A stretch of DNA of 64,000 bases from Candidatus Eiseniibacteriota bacterium (GTDB lineage: Bacteria; Eisenbacteria; RBG-16-71-46; CAVPCR01). Position 1 is the first letter of the stretch. Each line of letters starts with the position of its first letter. This document shows, piece after piece, positions 26,564 to 36,719 of this stretch. The DNA lies in assembly GCA_963823555.1 (NCBI GenBank), contig CAWGMA010000001.1, forward strand, positions 160,001-224,000, written 5' to 3'. The notes under the pieces are model-generated. The model worked only from the letters and a program-made list of their open reading frames with translations, was not told the DNA's origin and searched no databases. Both the position numbers and the translations under genes were made by a program.

Positions 26564-27601
26564 ATGCGCGCTTTGTTTGCGGTTGCCCTGGGCTTGGTCA
26601 TGAGCACCTCGGCCTTCGCAGTCTTCGATGTCCAGAATCCCGGCGATGCCAATCCTGGCACCATGATTCCGGATGCCCTGGTTCCCTGCACCGACGATGT
26701 CTTCTGCTCGAGCTACACGGAGCAGGCTGGCGGCTACGTCGCCGACGGCGAGTGGAACCCGGCCTCCAACTCGAGCGGCTTCATGACGACCGGCGGCATC
26801 CTCGTCATCGTCGACGCGATCTGCCAGCCTCTGGTCGAGATCCCCTGCTCGGGCCCGAACTTCGATCTCAGCGTCCCCCGCGGCTTCGCCTGGGACAAGG
26901 ATGCTGCGAGCGGCAAGTTCTGGGTCGGCAGCTGGGTTGGCGCCACGACGGTCGGTCTCATGCACATGGACGCCCTCGGCAACGAGATCGCTTTCTATCC
27001 GATCCCGGATCCGGGCACCGGGCTCAACATCCAGCCCTCGGGCCTGGCCATGGACTATTCGACCGGGTACCTGTGGGCCATCCTCCGCAACAACCCGGCC
27101 GGAACGGTCTCGCGCTTCATGGTGTTCGATACCAACGTTCCCGATGGCACCCAGCCCGTCGTGCTCGGCGGCCCGTGGGATACGCCATGGAACGGCGGCC
27201 CGAGCGCGGTGAGCTCGGCCGGTCTCGAGTACCGCCAGGAGGACTGCACGATCGTCGCCCTGCGCCAGGATTCGAACAACCTCGGTGTGACCGAGCTCAC
27301 CAACTTCCAGGACGTTGGCATTGCGGCGCCCACGCTCCTTGGCTTCTGCAGCGTCGTGAACACGCCCTGCACGGGTGCCGGCGCTGGTTCGAACCGCCCG
27401 TGGGGGATCTCGCTCTCCGAGGATCCTGCTTTCGGTGCCTACGTGCTGTACTCGGATCTGAACCTCGCCGTGGGGTGCGGAACGATCGATCAGCCGCAGG
27501 ACTTCCACATCATCGCGCTGCCTCCGTTCCCCGGCGAGTGCGGGGCGACGGCGGTCGAGCCTTCGACCTGGGGCAAGATCAAGCACGACTACAACAGGTA
27601 G
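26564..27601 (+). CDS. Secreted Cys-containing hypothetical protein with a C-terminal 'TWGxIK' motif
   Basis: TAAGGAG RBS; signal peptide; ends TAVEPSTWGKIKHDYNR. Confidence 0.8.
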   Translation: MRALFAVALGLVMSTSAFAVFDVQNPGDANPGTMIPDALVPCTDDVFCSSYTEQAGGYVADGEWNPASNSSGFMTTGGILVIVDAICQPLVEIPCSGPNFDLSVPRGFAWDKDAASGKFWVGSWVGATTVGLMHMDALGNEIAFYPIPDPGTGLNIQPSGLAMDYSTGYLWAILRNNPAGTVSRFMVFDTNVPDGTQPVVLGGPWDTPWNGGPSAVSSAGLEYRQEDCTIVALRQDSNNLGVTELTNFQDVGIAAPTLLGFCSVVNTPCTGAGAGSNRPWGISLSEDPAFGAYVLYSDLNLAVGCGTIDQPQDFHIIALPPFPGECGATAVEPSTWGKIKHDYNR

Positions 27602-27640
27602 TCGCCTGAGAGCACGGAGCGAGAGCTCCGGGCGAAATGC

Positions 27641-27672
27641 AGAGCGCGGCGGGGGTGACCCCGCCGCGCTCT
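27641..27672. terminator. Hairpin between convergent genes (probable terminator)
   Basis: agagcgcggcgggg-gtga-ccccgccgcgctct, a perfect 14-bp stem. Confidence 0.7.
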
Positions 27673-27698
27673 TGCTGTTGGCGCTCGCTTGCGATCGG

Positions 27699-29402
27699 TC
27701 AGGCCGGCGCCGTCTCCTCGAGCGCTCCCTCGAGCTCCTCGCCGACCCGCGTCTCGATCTCAGCGGCCGCGTGCTCGGCGCGAGCCAGAGCCTCGTTGGC
27801 CTGGGCCAGTGTTTCCTGTGTCCAGCCCGCGTCGCGAATCGACTTCAGATTGATGAGGACGTTGTAGTAGGCGCCGCGCGCCGCGGCGCGTGCGGCCAGG
27901 GCCGCCACCCCGGCGTCGCTCCGCGCGTTGGGGTTGCCGTGCTCGGCGGCGCGGCGGGCGAGTGCGAGCACGGGGATCGTGCGCTCGAGGACGGAGAGGG
28001 GCACTCGCGTGGCATCCTTCGTTGCCTCCTGGACGGCGCTCTCCCGGGCGGCCTTGTCCTCGGCGCTGGCTCCCGGCAGGCGGAAGGCCGCCATCACGGC
28101 GTTGAACGCATCGGTGTCGCGATCGACGGCAGCCAGGAAGAAATCCTTGTGCTCCTGGCCGGCGACGGCGAGTGCTTTCATCTCCTCCGACACGTCCTCG
28201 TGCCCCTTCTTGCCGACCGTCAGGTTGGCCACCATGGCGGCGAGCGCCGCGGCGAGGCCGCCCATGAGCGCGGCGACACTGCCGCCGCCCGGGGCCGGGG
28301 CGTCGGTCGAGAGCTCATCGACGAAGTCGCCCACGGCCATGGTCACGAGCCGGCCGCGTTCACCGGCCGCGACCTGGTACTCGATGATCTTCTTCGTTGC
28401 ATCGAACGGGCCGAGGTCATCGAGGCCGAGTGACTGGACCGCGACCCGCACGAGTTCGGCCTCCGGCACCCCCGGCGACTTGCCCTGCGCCTCGAGGTAG
28501 AAGCGTCCGGCCATGAGCATGGCCTCCTTCGGGATCAGCCCGACCAGCTCCGATCCGGTGACGCGAAGCCCACGCCGGCGCGCCTCCTTGCGCACCTCCT
28601 CGAAGGCGATGTGCGGCGGCGTGGTCTTGAAGTCGATGAGATTGATCGAGACCTGGGCCAGCTTCTTCTCGGCGATCACCCAGCCCACCGCCTTGACGGC
28701 GCGCAGGGCGCCGGGGACGCGGAGCGCCGCGCCGTTGACGTCGCGGAGAATCTCGCCCTTCTCGTTGCGCTTCACCCGTCCGGTCTCGCGGATGGTGAGC
28801 GCGATGTCATGGGCGAGGGCACGATCCATGGTGTTCAGGTTGACGTTGTAGGCGATCAGAAACTGCCGGGCACCGATCACGGTGGCGCCGCTCCGCGCGT
28901 TCAGGCGTGCCGGCCCGAAGTCGGGCTTCCACTCCGGGCGCTCGAGCTTGGCGGCCAGCCCCTCGTACTCACCCTCGCGAACGACGGCCAGGTTCTGCCG
29001 CCCGGGACGCGACGCGGCGTGCTCGTAGAGATAGACCGGGATTCCGAGCTCTTCGCCGACCCGCTTTCCGAGGCGGCGCGCCAGCTCGGCGCACTCCTCC
29101 ATCGTCACTCCGGAAACCGGCACGAAGGGGCAGACATCGGTCGCTCCCATGCGGGGGTGGGCGCCGCGATGCTTTGTCATGTCGATGAGCTCGGCGGCGG
29201 CGGCGATGCCGCGAAAGGCTGCCTCGAGCACGGCATCCGGTGCGCCGACCAGCGTGACCACGGTGCGGTTGGTATCGGCGCCGGGATCCACGTCCAGGAG
29301 CTTGACCCCCTGAGCCTGGGTTATGGCCCGCGTGATGGCATCGATGATGCCGCGATCGCGACCTTCGGAGAAGTTGGGAACGCACTCGACGAGCTTGAGC
29401 AT
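27699..29402 (-). CDS. ftcD: Glutamate formimidoyltransferase / formiminotetrahydrofolate cyclodeaminase
   Basis: LVECVPNFSEGRD, HPRMGATDVCPF and APAPGGGSVAA motifs. Confidence 0.95.
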   Translation of the reverse strand: MLKLVECVPNFSEGRDRGIIDAITRAITQAQGVKLLDVDPGADTNRTVVTLVGAPDAVLEAAFRGIAAAAELIDMTKHRGAHPRMGATDVCPFVPVSGVTMEECAELARRLGKRVGEELGIPVYLYEHAASRPGRQNLAVVREGEYEGLAAKLERPEWKPDFGPARLNARSGATVIGARQFLIAYNVNLNTMDRALAHDIALTIRETGRVKRNEKGEILRDVNGAALRVPGALRAVKAVGWVIAEKKLAQVSINLIDFKTTPPHIAFEEVRKEARRRGLRVTGSELVGLIPKEAMLMAGRFYLEAQGKSPGVPEAELVRVAVQSLGLDDLGPFDATKKIIEYQVAAGERGRLVTMAVGDFVDELSTDAPAPGGGSVAALMGGLAAALAAMVANLTVGKKGHEDVSEEMKALAVAGQEHKDFFLAAVDRDTDAFNAVMAAFRLPGASAEDKAARESAVQEATKDATRVPLSVLERTIPVLALARRAAEHGNPNARSDAGVAALAARAAARGAYYNVLINLKSIRDAGWTQETLAQANEALARAEHAAAEIETRVGEELEGALEETAPA

Positions 29403-29526
29403 GGGTCTCCTCTGTGCCAGACCGGTCCCCGAATCCTTGGCGCGGCCCGGGTCGACAGGCATGTTACGGAGGCCAAGCGGGATGTCAAGGCGGCGGGAAT
29501 GCGATACCGGCGCCGATCGCGACGCG

Positions 29527-31440
29527 CTAGGCGGTGGCCCGGGCCAGCGTGCGCTCGCGCCCGGCTTCGAACTCTTCGAGGACGAAGATCTTGTACCAGA
29601 CCGCCAGGTTCACCAGCGACCACAGGATGTGGTTGTGGTTGTGGGTGCGAGCCAGATGCTGGCTGATCAGGCGGTTCACCACCTCGACGTTCAGGTGGTT
29701 GCGGATGACCGGTGATCCATTGAGGAGGTCGCGCATGTAGTCGCGAAGCTCCTCGCGCAGCCAGTTCTTGATCGGGAAGCTGTAGCCCTGCTTCTTCCGA
29801 TTCACGATGTTCTCCGGCAATCGGCCCTTGAGCGCTTCGCGCAGGATCGCCTTGGTGGTGAGGCCCTTCAGCTTGTAGCGTCCGGGAATCGAGGCCGCGA
29901 ACTGCACCAGCTCGAAGTCGAGGAGCGGCACGCGCACCTCGAGCGCGACCGACATCGACATCTTGTCCACCTTCATGAGGATCGAGTCGGCCATGGTGAG
30001 GCGGAGGTCGACGTAGATCTCGCGGTCGAGCCGATCCCGCCCGCCGACGTGGGTCAAGCAGCGGGCGACCGGCTCGAACGGGCTCTCGTCGATGACGTCG
30101 AGCACGTGCGGCTGGAAGAGCTTCCTGGCGAGCCCGGGCTCGAGGAAGTACTGCCAGCGCATGTGGCCGCCGGCCGCCGGCATCTCCGCTCCTTGCACGA
30201 AGCGCTTGACGATGTTGATCGGGCCCTTCTTCTGCCGCTGGTCGGGGAGCGCGTGCACCAGCGGCGAGATCAGATAGCGGCGGAGCGCCGCCGGCACCCG
30301 CGAGTAGACCTGCTCGTTGAAGCGTGCCGCCCGGAAGCGATCGTAGCCGACGAAGGACTCGTCGCCGCCCTCTCCGGAAAGGCAGACCGTGACCTCCTCC
30401 CGGGCCCGCCGGCTGATGAGCAGGAAGGGGATGGTCGAGAGGTCGGTCATCGGCTCATCGAGGAAATAGGCGGCGGTCTCGATCAGCGGGATCGAGATCG
30501 GATCGATCATGAGCTCGCGGTGCGTCAGGTTGAACTGGCGAGCCACCTGCCGGGCGAAGGGTAGCTCGGAGAAGGTCGGGTCGGCATAGCCCAGCGAGAA
30601 CGCCTTGAGCTCCCCGGCGATGTACGGGCGCATGAAGGCGACGATGGCGCTCGAGTCGGTGCCGCCGGAGAGAAAGACGCCGAGGGGCACGTCGGCGATC
30701 AGCCGCCGCTTGACCGCAGCATCCAGGTGGGCGGCAAGCCCGTCGCGGTAGTAGGCCTCGTCGTGGCCGTCGCCCTCGAACTCGACATCCCAGTAGCGGA
30801 CGATCTCCGGAGCGGCACCCGGCTTGAGGATGAGGTAGTGGCTTTGCGGCAGCTTGTGGATACCCTCGAACATCGTGCGCGGCGCCGGCACGAACTCGTA
30901 GCCCAGGTAGTCGAATACCGCCTGGGGATCGGGGGTCCGCGGCACCTCCGGCGCGCAGAGGATGGCCTTGATCTCGGAAGCGAACAGGAATCGGCCACCT
31001 TTCCACCAGTAGTAGAGCGGCTTGATGCCCAGGCGGTCCCGAGCGATGAAGATCTCACCCGTGCGCGAGTCGTGGATGGCGAAGGCGAACATGCCGTTCA
31101 GGCGGGCCAGGCAGTCCTTCCCCCACTCCTCGTAGGCCTTGAGAATGACCTCGGTGTCGGTGCGCGAGCGGAAGGTGTGGCCGCGAGCCTCGAGGTCGGC
31201 GCGCACCTCCTGGAAGTTATAGACCTCGCCGTTGTAGATGATGCGGAGGGTTCCCGAGTCGTTGACCATCGGCTGGATTCCGGCAACCGACAGGTCGAGG
31301 ATGGAGAGTCGGCGGTGACCCAGGGAGACACCGCTGCCGACCCAGATCCCATCCTGGTCCGGGCCGCGATGAGCGATGGCATCGGTCATCCGCGCGCACA
31401 GGCCACGATCTTCCCAGTTGAAACCGGCGATTCCACACAT
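29527..31440 (-). CDS. asnB: Asparagine synthase (glutamine-hydrolysing) family amidotransferase
   Basis: MCGIAG, HRGPD, RDRLGIKPLYY, LSGGTDSS and SGEGGDE motifs. Confidence 0.9.
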   Translation of the reverse strand: MCGIAGFNWEDRGLCARMTDAIAHRGPDQDGIWVGSGVSLGHRRLSILDLSVAGIQPMVNDSGTLRIIYNGEVYNFQEVRADLEARGHTFRSRTDTEVILKAYEEWGKDCLARLNGMFAFAIHDSRTGEIFIARDRLGIKPLYYWWKGGRFLFASEIKAILCAPEVPRTPDPQAVFDYLGYEFVPAPRTMFEGIHKLPQSHYLILKPGAAPEIVRYWDVEFEGDGHDEAYYRDGLAAHLDAAVKRRLIADVPLGVFLSGGTDSSAIVAFMRPYIAGELKAFSLGYADPTFSELPFARQVARQFNLTHRELMIDPISIPLIETAAYFLDEPMTDLSTIPFLLISRRAREEVTVCLSGEGGDESFVGYDRFRAARFNEQVYSRVPAALRRYLISPLVHALPDQRQKKGPINIVKRFVQGAEMPAAGGHMRWQYFLEPGLARKLFQPHVLDVIDESPFEPVARCLTHVGGRDRLDREIYVDLRLTMADSILMKVDKMSMSVALEVRVPLLDFELVQFAASIPGRYKLKGLTTKAILREALKGRLPENIVNRKKQGYSFPIKNWLREELRDYMRDLLNGSPVIRNHLNVEVVNRLISQHLARTHNHNHILWSLVNLAVWYKIFVLEEFEAGRERTLARATA

Positions 31441-31450
31441 GATCGAGCGC

Positions 31451-32440
31451 TCAGCGATCCAGGTACTTGTTGTCGCGGTACCAGCGCCCGGTGGCGGCAA
31501 GGCCGGTCGCCAGGTCGACTCGCGGCTCGTAGCCGAGTTCGGCGCGGGCGCGCGCGATGGAGAAGGCGCGGTTCTGGCGGAACCAGTCGACGCGCCGGCG
31601 GAACAGGGGCGGTTCGACGCCGAAGGGCAGGCAAACGCCCTCGCAGGCCAGCGCAGCGAGCCACAGCGGCCGGAACGGGAGCTTGATGATCTTCACCGGC
31701 ACATCGATGGCGACGCCGACGGCCCGCACCAGGTCTTCGAGCGTGTAGTACTTCTCGTCGGCAATGAGATAGGTGCGGCCGCGTGCGCGTGGAGTCTCGG
31801 CGGCAAGCTCGAAGGAGTCGACCAGGTTGTCGATGTAAACCGGGTGATAGTGCGTCTGGCCGTTCCCGAACATGTAGAAGCGGCCCTTGGCTGCTTCCCG
31901 GAAGAGGATCAAGAACCGTCCGGGATCACCGGGGCCATAGATAGCCGTGGGGCGGATCACCGTGGCATCGAGACCCTTGGCGAAGTAATCGACAAGCACC
32001 CGCTCGCCCTCGTACTTCGTGTACTGATAGTAGTCCTCCGGTGCGATCGGGGATTCCTCGTCGCCCGGGCTCTGCTTGACGTCGCCGTGCACGCCCTGGG
32101 TCGAGCAGTAGACGAGCTTCCTCACGCCATGATCGATACAGGCTTCGGCGATATGACGCGTGCCCTCGACGTTCACCTGCCAGTACTCGCTCTTCGGCAG
32201 GTTGATCTTGCGGAAGGCGGCGGCCAGGTGGTGGACGACCTCGCAACCGGCAACCGTGCGGCGGACGAGATCGCGGTCGGCCACGCTCCCGAGGTGGATC
32301 TCGGCCCCTGCCTCCTGGAGCTCGTCATGGAAGAGCCCCGGTGCGTTGTCGAGAACGCGCACCTCATGACCCCGATCGAGGAGCCGCCGCACGAGGTGGC
32401 TCCCGGTGAAACCGGTGCCGCCGGTCACGAGGACTTTCAT
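31451..32440 (-). CDS. NAD-dependent epimerase/dehydratase
   Basis: MKVLVTGGTGFTG and YQYTK. Confidence 0.9.
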   Translation of the reverse strand: MKVLVTGGTGFTGSHLVRRLLDRGHEVRVLDNAPGLFHDELQEAGAEIHLGSVADRDLVRRTVAGCEVVHHLAAAFRKINLPKSEYWQVNVEGTRHIAEACIDHGVRKLVYCSTQGVHGDVKQSPGDEESPIAPEDYYQYTKYEGERVLVDYFAKGLDATVIRPTAIYGPGDPGRFLILFREAAKGRFYMFGNGQTHYHPVYIDNLVDSFELAAETPRARGRTYLIADEKYYTLEDLVRAVGVAIDVPVKIIKLPFRPLWLAALACEGVCLPFGVEPPLFRRRVDWFRQNRAFSIARARAELGYEPRVDLATGLAATGRWYRDNKYLDR

Positions 32441-32978
32441 CCGCACTCCTTCATCGTCATGCCGCTCCCCCTCTTCACCAGGGCCCGCGTGGATACCGGC
32501 CCGACCAGGGAGCCCGAGGGAGGTATCGGCGGTTGGCTCCAGGGCCTTAGCCTTTGGTCGAAAATGACTTAGCCCGCCACGGCGGGCTGCCCGGTGCTGG
32601 CTCTGGTCTCGATATGAGGCTGGGGCCGGTCCGTGGCCGCCGCTCCGAGCCGGTCGGACGCGGAATGCGCGGCCTGGTCCGGGACCCCGCCGCGCGCCGA
32701 GAACGACTCGGACCGATCCTATCACGGGCCCATCCCTTCCGCGATTGGCGCTCCTGGCTCCTGTTCATGCTGCCCGCGGCTCATCTCCGGGAGGACGGAG
32801 GCCGATACCGGGAGTGAGCTCGCCGGCGGCGGGCAAGAGGATGGCCGCCAGCGATCTCTGCATGACACGGCAGTCGTCTCGACACGGCAGTCGGCCAAGA
32901 GACGCCGGGATGAACCCGGCGTCCGGGGGCGAGCCCCCGGGCCTCTCGCCCGGCGCCAATCGCAGAGGAGATCTTCGC

Positions 32979-33743
32979 ATGCTCATCCTGACCCGCAAGC
33001 CGGGCGAGAGCGTGATGATCGAGGAGTCGGTCCGCATCACCGTTCTCGAAGTCCGCGGCAGCCAGGTGAAGCTCGGCATTCAGGCGCCGCTCGATGTGCG
33101 CGTGAACCGGGAAGAAGTGCTCGAGCGCCAGCGTGCCGAGGCGGGGTTGCCGCCCATCGCCGACCTGCCGCTGCCACCGGTCCCGCGCCAGGCCGTCGTC
33201 GCCCGGACCCGCCGGCAAGAGCCGACCGAAAGACCGCTCTCGGCGGGGCGCGGCGAGCTGCGCGCCAGGTCGGGGCGGATGCGGTCCGCGTACGAGGAGC
33301 CATCCCCCGCGAGTTCTCCGCGGGAACTGCGTGCCTCGCGGTCGCAGCGGAGCGAACGATCCCAGCGGGATCTCGCCTCCGGGCCGACCTCTCGCGACCA
33401 CCTCGACGGGCGGCGCGAGCCCGGGCGGGGAGTGGGGCACGATGGCGGCAACTCGGGCGCGATCACTCGCGACCGGGGGCGGCCGCTTGGATCGCGGCCG
33501 GCACATGATCATGATGGCGATGATCTGGCCGAGCCCGTGGTCCGCCGCTACCGGCAACCAGGGGGCCCGCGGGCTCACCGTCCCGGTCGCCTGAGCGAGC
33601 GGAAGCCCAGTCCCAATGGGGCGGGAGAGAGCCACCCCGAGGGGGATCAGGACGATTCGGATCGCGAGGTCTCGAGGCTCGACAAGGCGCCTCCCGGTGA
33701 AGGGAATCGCCGAACCCGTCGCGCTGGCGGCGAAGCGGCCTAG
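32979..33743 (+). CDS. csrA: Carbon storage regulator CsrA with a long disordered C-terminal extension (254 aa)
   Basis: [14 protein letters not shown]...[26 protein letters not shown]. Confidence 0.85.
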   Translation: MLILTRKPGESVMIEESVRITVLEVRGSQVKLGIQAPLDVRVNREEVLERQRAEAGLPPIADLPLPPVPRQAVVARTRRQEPTERPLSAGRGELRARSGRMRSAYEEPSPASSPRELRASRSQRSERSQRDLASGPTSRDHLDGRREPGRGVGHDGGNSGAITRDRGRPLGSRPAHDHDGDDLAEPVVRRYRQPGGPRAHRPGRLSERKPSPNGAGESHPEGDQDDSDREVSRLDKAPPGEGNRRTRRAGGEAA

Positions 33744-34031
33744 AAGCGACCCCACGGACGGCTTCCTTGCGGGCGGGGGATCACACCCCCGCCCGCTTTC
33801 CATTTCGTTTCAGGATCGATCCCTGGCCGCCCCCACCCGCCCGGCCGGGACGGGCCTTCCACCCTCCTTCGGCCTCTCCCCCGGCCTCCCGCCCCGGCGC
33901 GCGCCTCTTACGGCCGGAGGCAACTTTCCATTTACCAGGTGCGTAAAGCCACTTGAGTAAGGGGTCCGCCCCAGCGGCGGGTCTAGCCGTCCACCCTCTC
34001 AAGGGTTTCAGCCCTGATCGCGGAGGTTCCC

Positions 34032-35423
34032 GTGTTGCGCCTTCCTCGATCCCGCCGGATTCGGATCGTCCTGCTTCTCCTCCTGGTCGCCGTGCTGGCC
34101 GGGGGGGGGCTCACCCTCAAGTCACGGCAACCGGAAGCGATGGTCGTGCAGACCGAGGAGGTTGAGCGCGGCGAGGTGGTCGAATCGGTCGCGGCCACGG
34201 GGCGCGTGCAGCCGCAATCCGAGGTCAAGATCAGCGCCAATGTCAGCGGTCGCATCGTCAGTCTGGGCGTGGCCGAGAGCGACTCGGTGGTGCCGGGTCA
34301 GCTGCTCGTCGAAATCGATCCGACGCGCTATGCGGCACTCGTTCTCGAGGTAGAGGCGAGCTTGCGCTCGGCACGGGCCGATGAGCGCCTGGCCGCCGCG
34401 AATCTCGAGCAGGCCGACCGGGAGTATCAGCGCATCCTGAGGATGCACGGCGAGGGGCTGACCTCCGCCGGCGAGATGGAGAGCGCGGAGACCGCCCGCA
34501 AGGTGTCCCATGCCCGTCTGGACGCTGCCCGCGAGGCCGTGCATCGGGCCGAGGCTCTGCTCGTCCAGGCTCGCGACGATCGCGCCAAGACCACCATCCT
34601 CTCGCCGATCGCCGGAGTCGTGACCCGTCTCAACGTCGAGGTGGGTGAAATGGTGCTCGGCACCGCGCAGAACATCGGTACCACGATCATGACCCTGGCC
34701 GATCTGAGTCGAATGGAGATCCTGTCGGACGTCGACGAAAGCGAGGTCGTCAAGGTCGCTCTTGGAGACTCGGCATCGATCGAGGTCGACGCTCTGAGCG
34801 GGGAGGTCCTCAAGGGCATCGTATCCGAGATCGCCAACTCAGGCACGACCCGCGGCCGCGGGACCGCCGAAGAGGCCACGAACTTCGAGGTCAAGGTCGC
34901 CATCCTCGGCGATGTGTCCCGGCTCCGGCCGGGGATGAGCGCCAGCGTCGATGTTCTCACCGACCGCCGCGAAGCCGTGCTGCATGTGCCCATCCAGTGC
35001 GTCACGCTCCGCGGCCGGCCGGCCGCGGGCGAAGGCGATGCCGGGCCCGGCGGCGGTCGCCGACCGGGCGAGGTGGCTGAGGCCCAGGCCGGACCGCGCC
35101 CGGAGAGCCCGCCGGAGGGGCGGAGCCACGGGACCGGGCTCGCCTCCAACCTGCGCGAAGTCATCTATGTCGTGCGTGACGGCGTCGCGCGCGAGCTCCC
35201 GGTCGAGACCGGCATCTCGAGCGCCACCCATATCGAGATCCTGGCCGGCGAGATCCAGGAAGGCGACGAGATCGTCTCGGGCAGCTACCGTATCCTCAGC
35301 CGCGAGCTCGAGGATGGCGACGCCGTCAAGATCGACAACGCCTCGATCCGCCGCGGCGGTCCGCGGGATGATCGCGAGAGTCGCGCTGCGAATCGTGGCG
35401 GAGGGAGCCGCGACCATGGTTAG
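34032..35423 (+). CDS. MacA-like periplasmic adaptor (membrane fusion protein)
   Basis: N-terminal TM, lipoyl-like VKISANVSGRI, alpha-hairpin, SPIAGVV and LRPGMSA. Confidence 0.85.
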   Translation: MLRLPRSRRIRIVLLLLLVAVLAGGGLTLKSRQPEAMVVQTEEVERGEVVESVAATGRVQPQSEVKISANVSGRIVSLGVAESDSVVPGQLLVEIDPTRYAALVLEVEASLRSARADERLAAANLEQADREYQRILRMHGEGLTSAGEMESAETARKVSHARLDAAREAVHRAEALLVQARDDRAKTTILSPIAGVVTRLNVEVGEMVLGTAQNIGTTIMTLADLSRMEILSDVDESEVVKVALGDSASIEVDALSGEVLKGIVSEIANSGTTRGRGTAEEATNFEVKVAILGDVSRLRPGMSASVDVLTDRREAVLHVPIQCVTLRGRPAAGEGDAGPGGGRRPGEVAEAQAGPRPESPPEGRSHGTGLASNLREVIYVVRDGVARELPVETGISSATHIEILAGEIQEGDEIVSGSYRILSRELEDGDAVKIDNASIRRGGPRDDRESRAANRGGGSRDHG

Positions 35424-36693
35424 GTGGGCTCGGGATGCGATCCGGCGCCGTCTGAGCATCGCCCGCGAGGGCCTCGTGATCGCCACCGACGCGCTCGTTG
35501 CCAACCGTCTCAGAGCCGTCCTGACGACGCTGGGTATCGTCATCGGCATCGTCACCGTGGTCTTGATGATCACCCTCATCCAGGGCCTCAATCGCGCCTT
35601 CGAGCACGAGATTGCCGGTATCGGATCCCATACCCTCTACGTGCAGAAGTTCCCGTGGATGATGCGCGGCGACTTCTTCCGCTATCGCAATCGCCCCAAC
35701 CTGAACGTGCGCGAGGCGCAGGCCCTGCGCTTGGTGCCGGGAGTGGAAGCGGTCGTCCCCCATGTCTACACGGCGCGCTCGGTCAAGTACGGGGACCGCC
35801 GGGCACCGCGCGTGATCCTCGTCGGTACCACCGAGGATCATCCGCGCATCGCCGATCTCGAACCCGCGCAGGGACGCTTCCTGACCCCGGAGGACGTGCG
35901 CAACCGCCGCCTCCACTGCGTGCTGGGCTCCGAAGTGGCAGAGCGTCTGTTCCCCGATCGCTCACCCCTCGGCATGCGGCTCTCGATCGGTGGCTATCCG
36001 TTTCGCGTGGTGGGTGTTCTGGCGGAACGCGGGCAGATCTTCGGCGAGAGCATGGACAATCAGATCTTCGTGCCCCTGGGAGCTCTCTTCCGGTGCTTCG
36101 GTCGCCATCGCTCGATCGACATCGGGGTCCGCGTGGCGAGCGCCAGCGAGGGGGGCGGTGGTCGGGGAGGGAATGAGATCGAGGAGGCGCGCTACGAGAT
36201 CATCGGGGCCATGCGACGAGCGCGTGGGCTACGGCCCGGCGAACCCGACAATTTCGCCATCAACGAGCAGTCGGCGATCACCGACATGTACCGTCAGGTC
36301 ACCTCCGGCATTTACGCCGCCGGCATCGGCGTTGCGGCCATCTCGCTCCTGGTTGGTGGCATCGGCATCATGAACATCATGATGGTGTCGGTGGTCGAGC
36401 GGACGCGGGAGATCGGCGTGCGCAAGGCGATCGGGGCCACGAGGCGGACCATTCTCAGCCAGTTCATCACCGAGGCCGTCATCCTGTGTCTGGTCGGGGG
36501 CATCATTGGTGTTTCGCTGGCCTTCGGTGCATCGCGGCTCATCGATCGTTTGACCCCGTTACCCATGAGCATGCCGGTGTGGGTCGTCGTCTTCGCGCTC
36601 GGGTTCGCGAGCTGCGTTGGACTCCTGTTCGGTTTTCTCCCGGCATGGCGCGCCGCCCGGGTGGATCCCATCGAAGCGCTGCGCTACGAATGA
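35416..36693 (+). CDS. MacB/FtsX-family ABC permease
   Basis: RAVLTTLGIVIG, GGIGIMNIM..SV.ERTREIGVRKAIGA and PIEALRYE. Confidence 0.9.
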   Translation: MVRWARDAIRRRLSIAREGLVIATDALVANRLRAVLTTLGIVIGIVTVVLMITLIQGLNRAFEHEIAGIGSHTLYVQKFPWMMRGDFFRYRNRPNLNVREAQALRLVPGVEAVVPHVYTARSVKYGDRRAPRVILVGTTEDHPRIADLEPAQGRFLTPEDVRNRRLHCVLGSEVAERLFPDRSPLGMRLSIGGYPFRVVGVLAERGQIFGESMDNQIFVPLGALFRCFGRHRSIDIGVRVASASEGGGGRGGNEIEEARYEIIGAMRRARGLRPGEPDNFAINEQSAITDMYRQVTSGIYAAGIGVAAISLLVGGIGIMNIMMVSVVERTREIGVRKAIGATRRTILSQFITEAVILCLVGGIIGVSLAFGASRLIDRLTPLPMSMPVWVVVFALGFASCVGLLFGFLPAWRAARVDPIEALRYE

Positions 36694-36719
36694 GCATCAC
36701 CTAGGCGAAAGGGACGGTC

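Noticed and set aside
29527..31440. Lasso peptide cyclase
   Set aside because: It has an intact glutaminase N-terminus (MCGI) and no precursor, RRE or B2 protease nearby.
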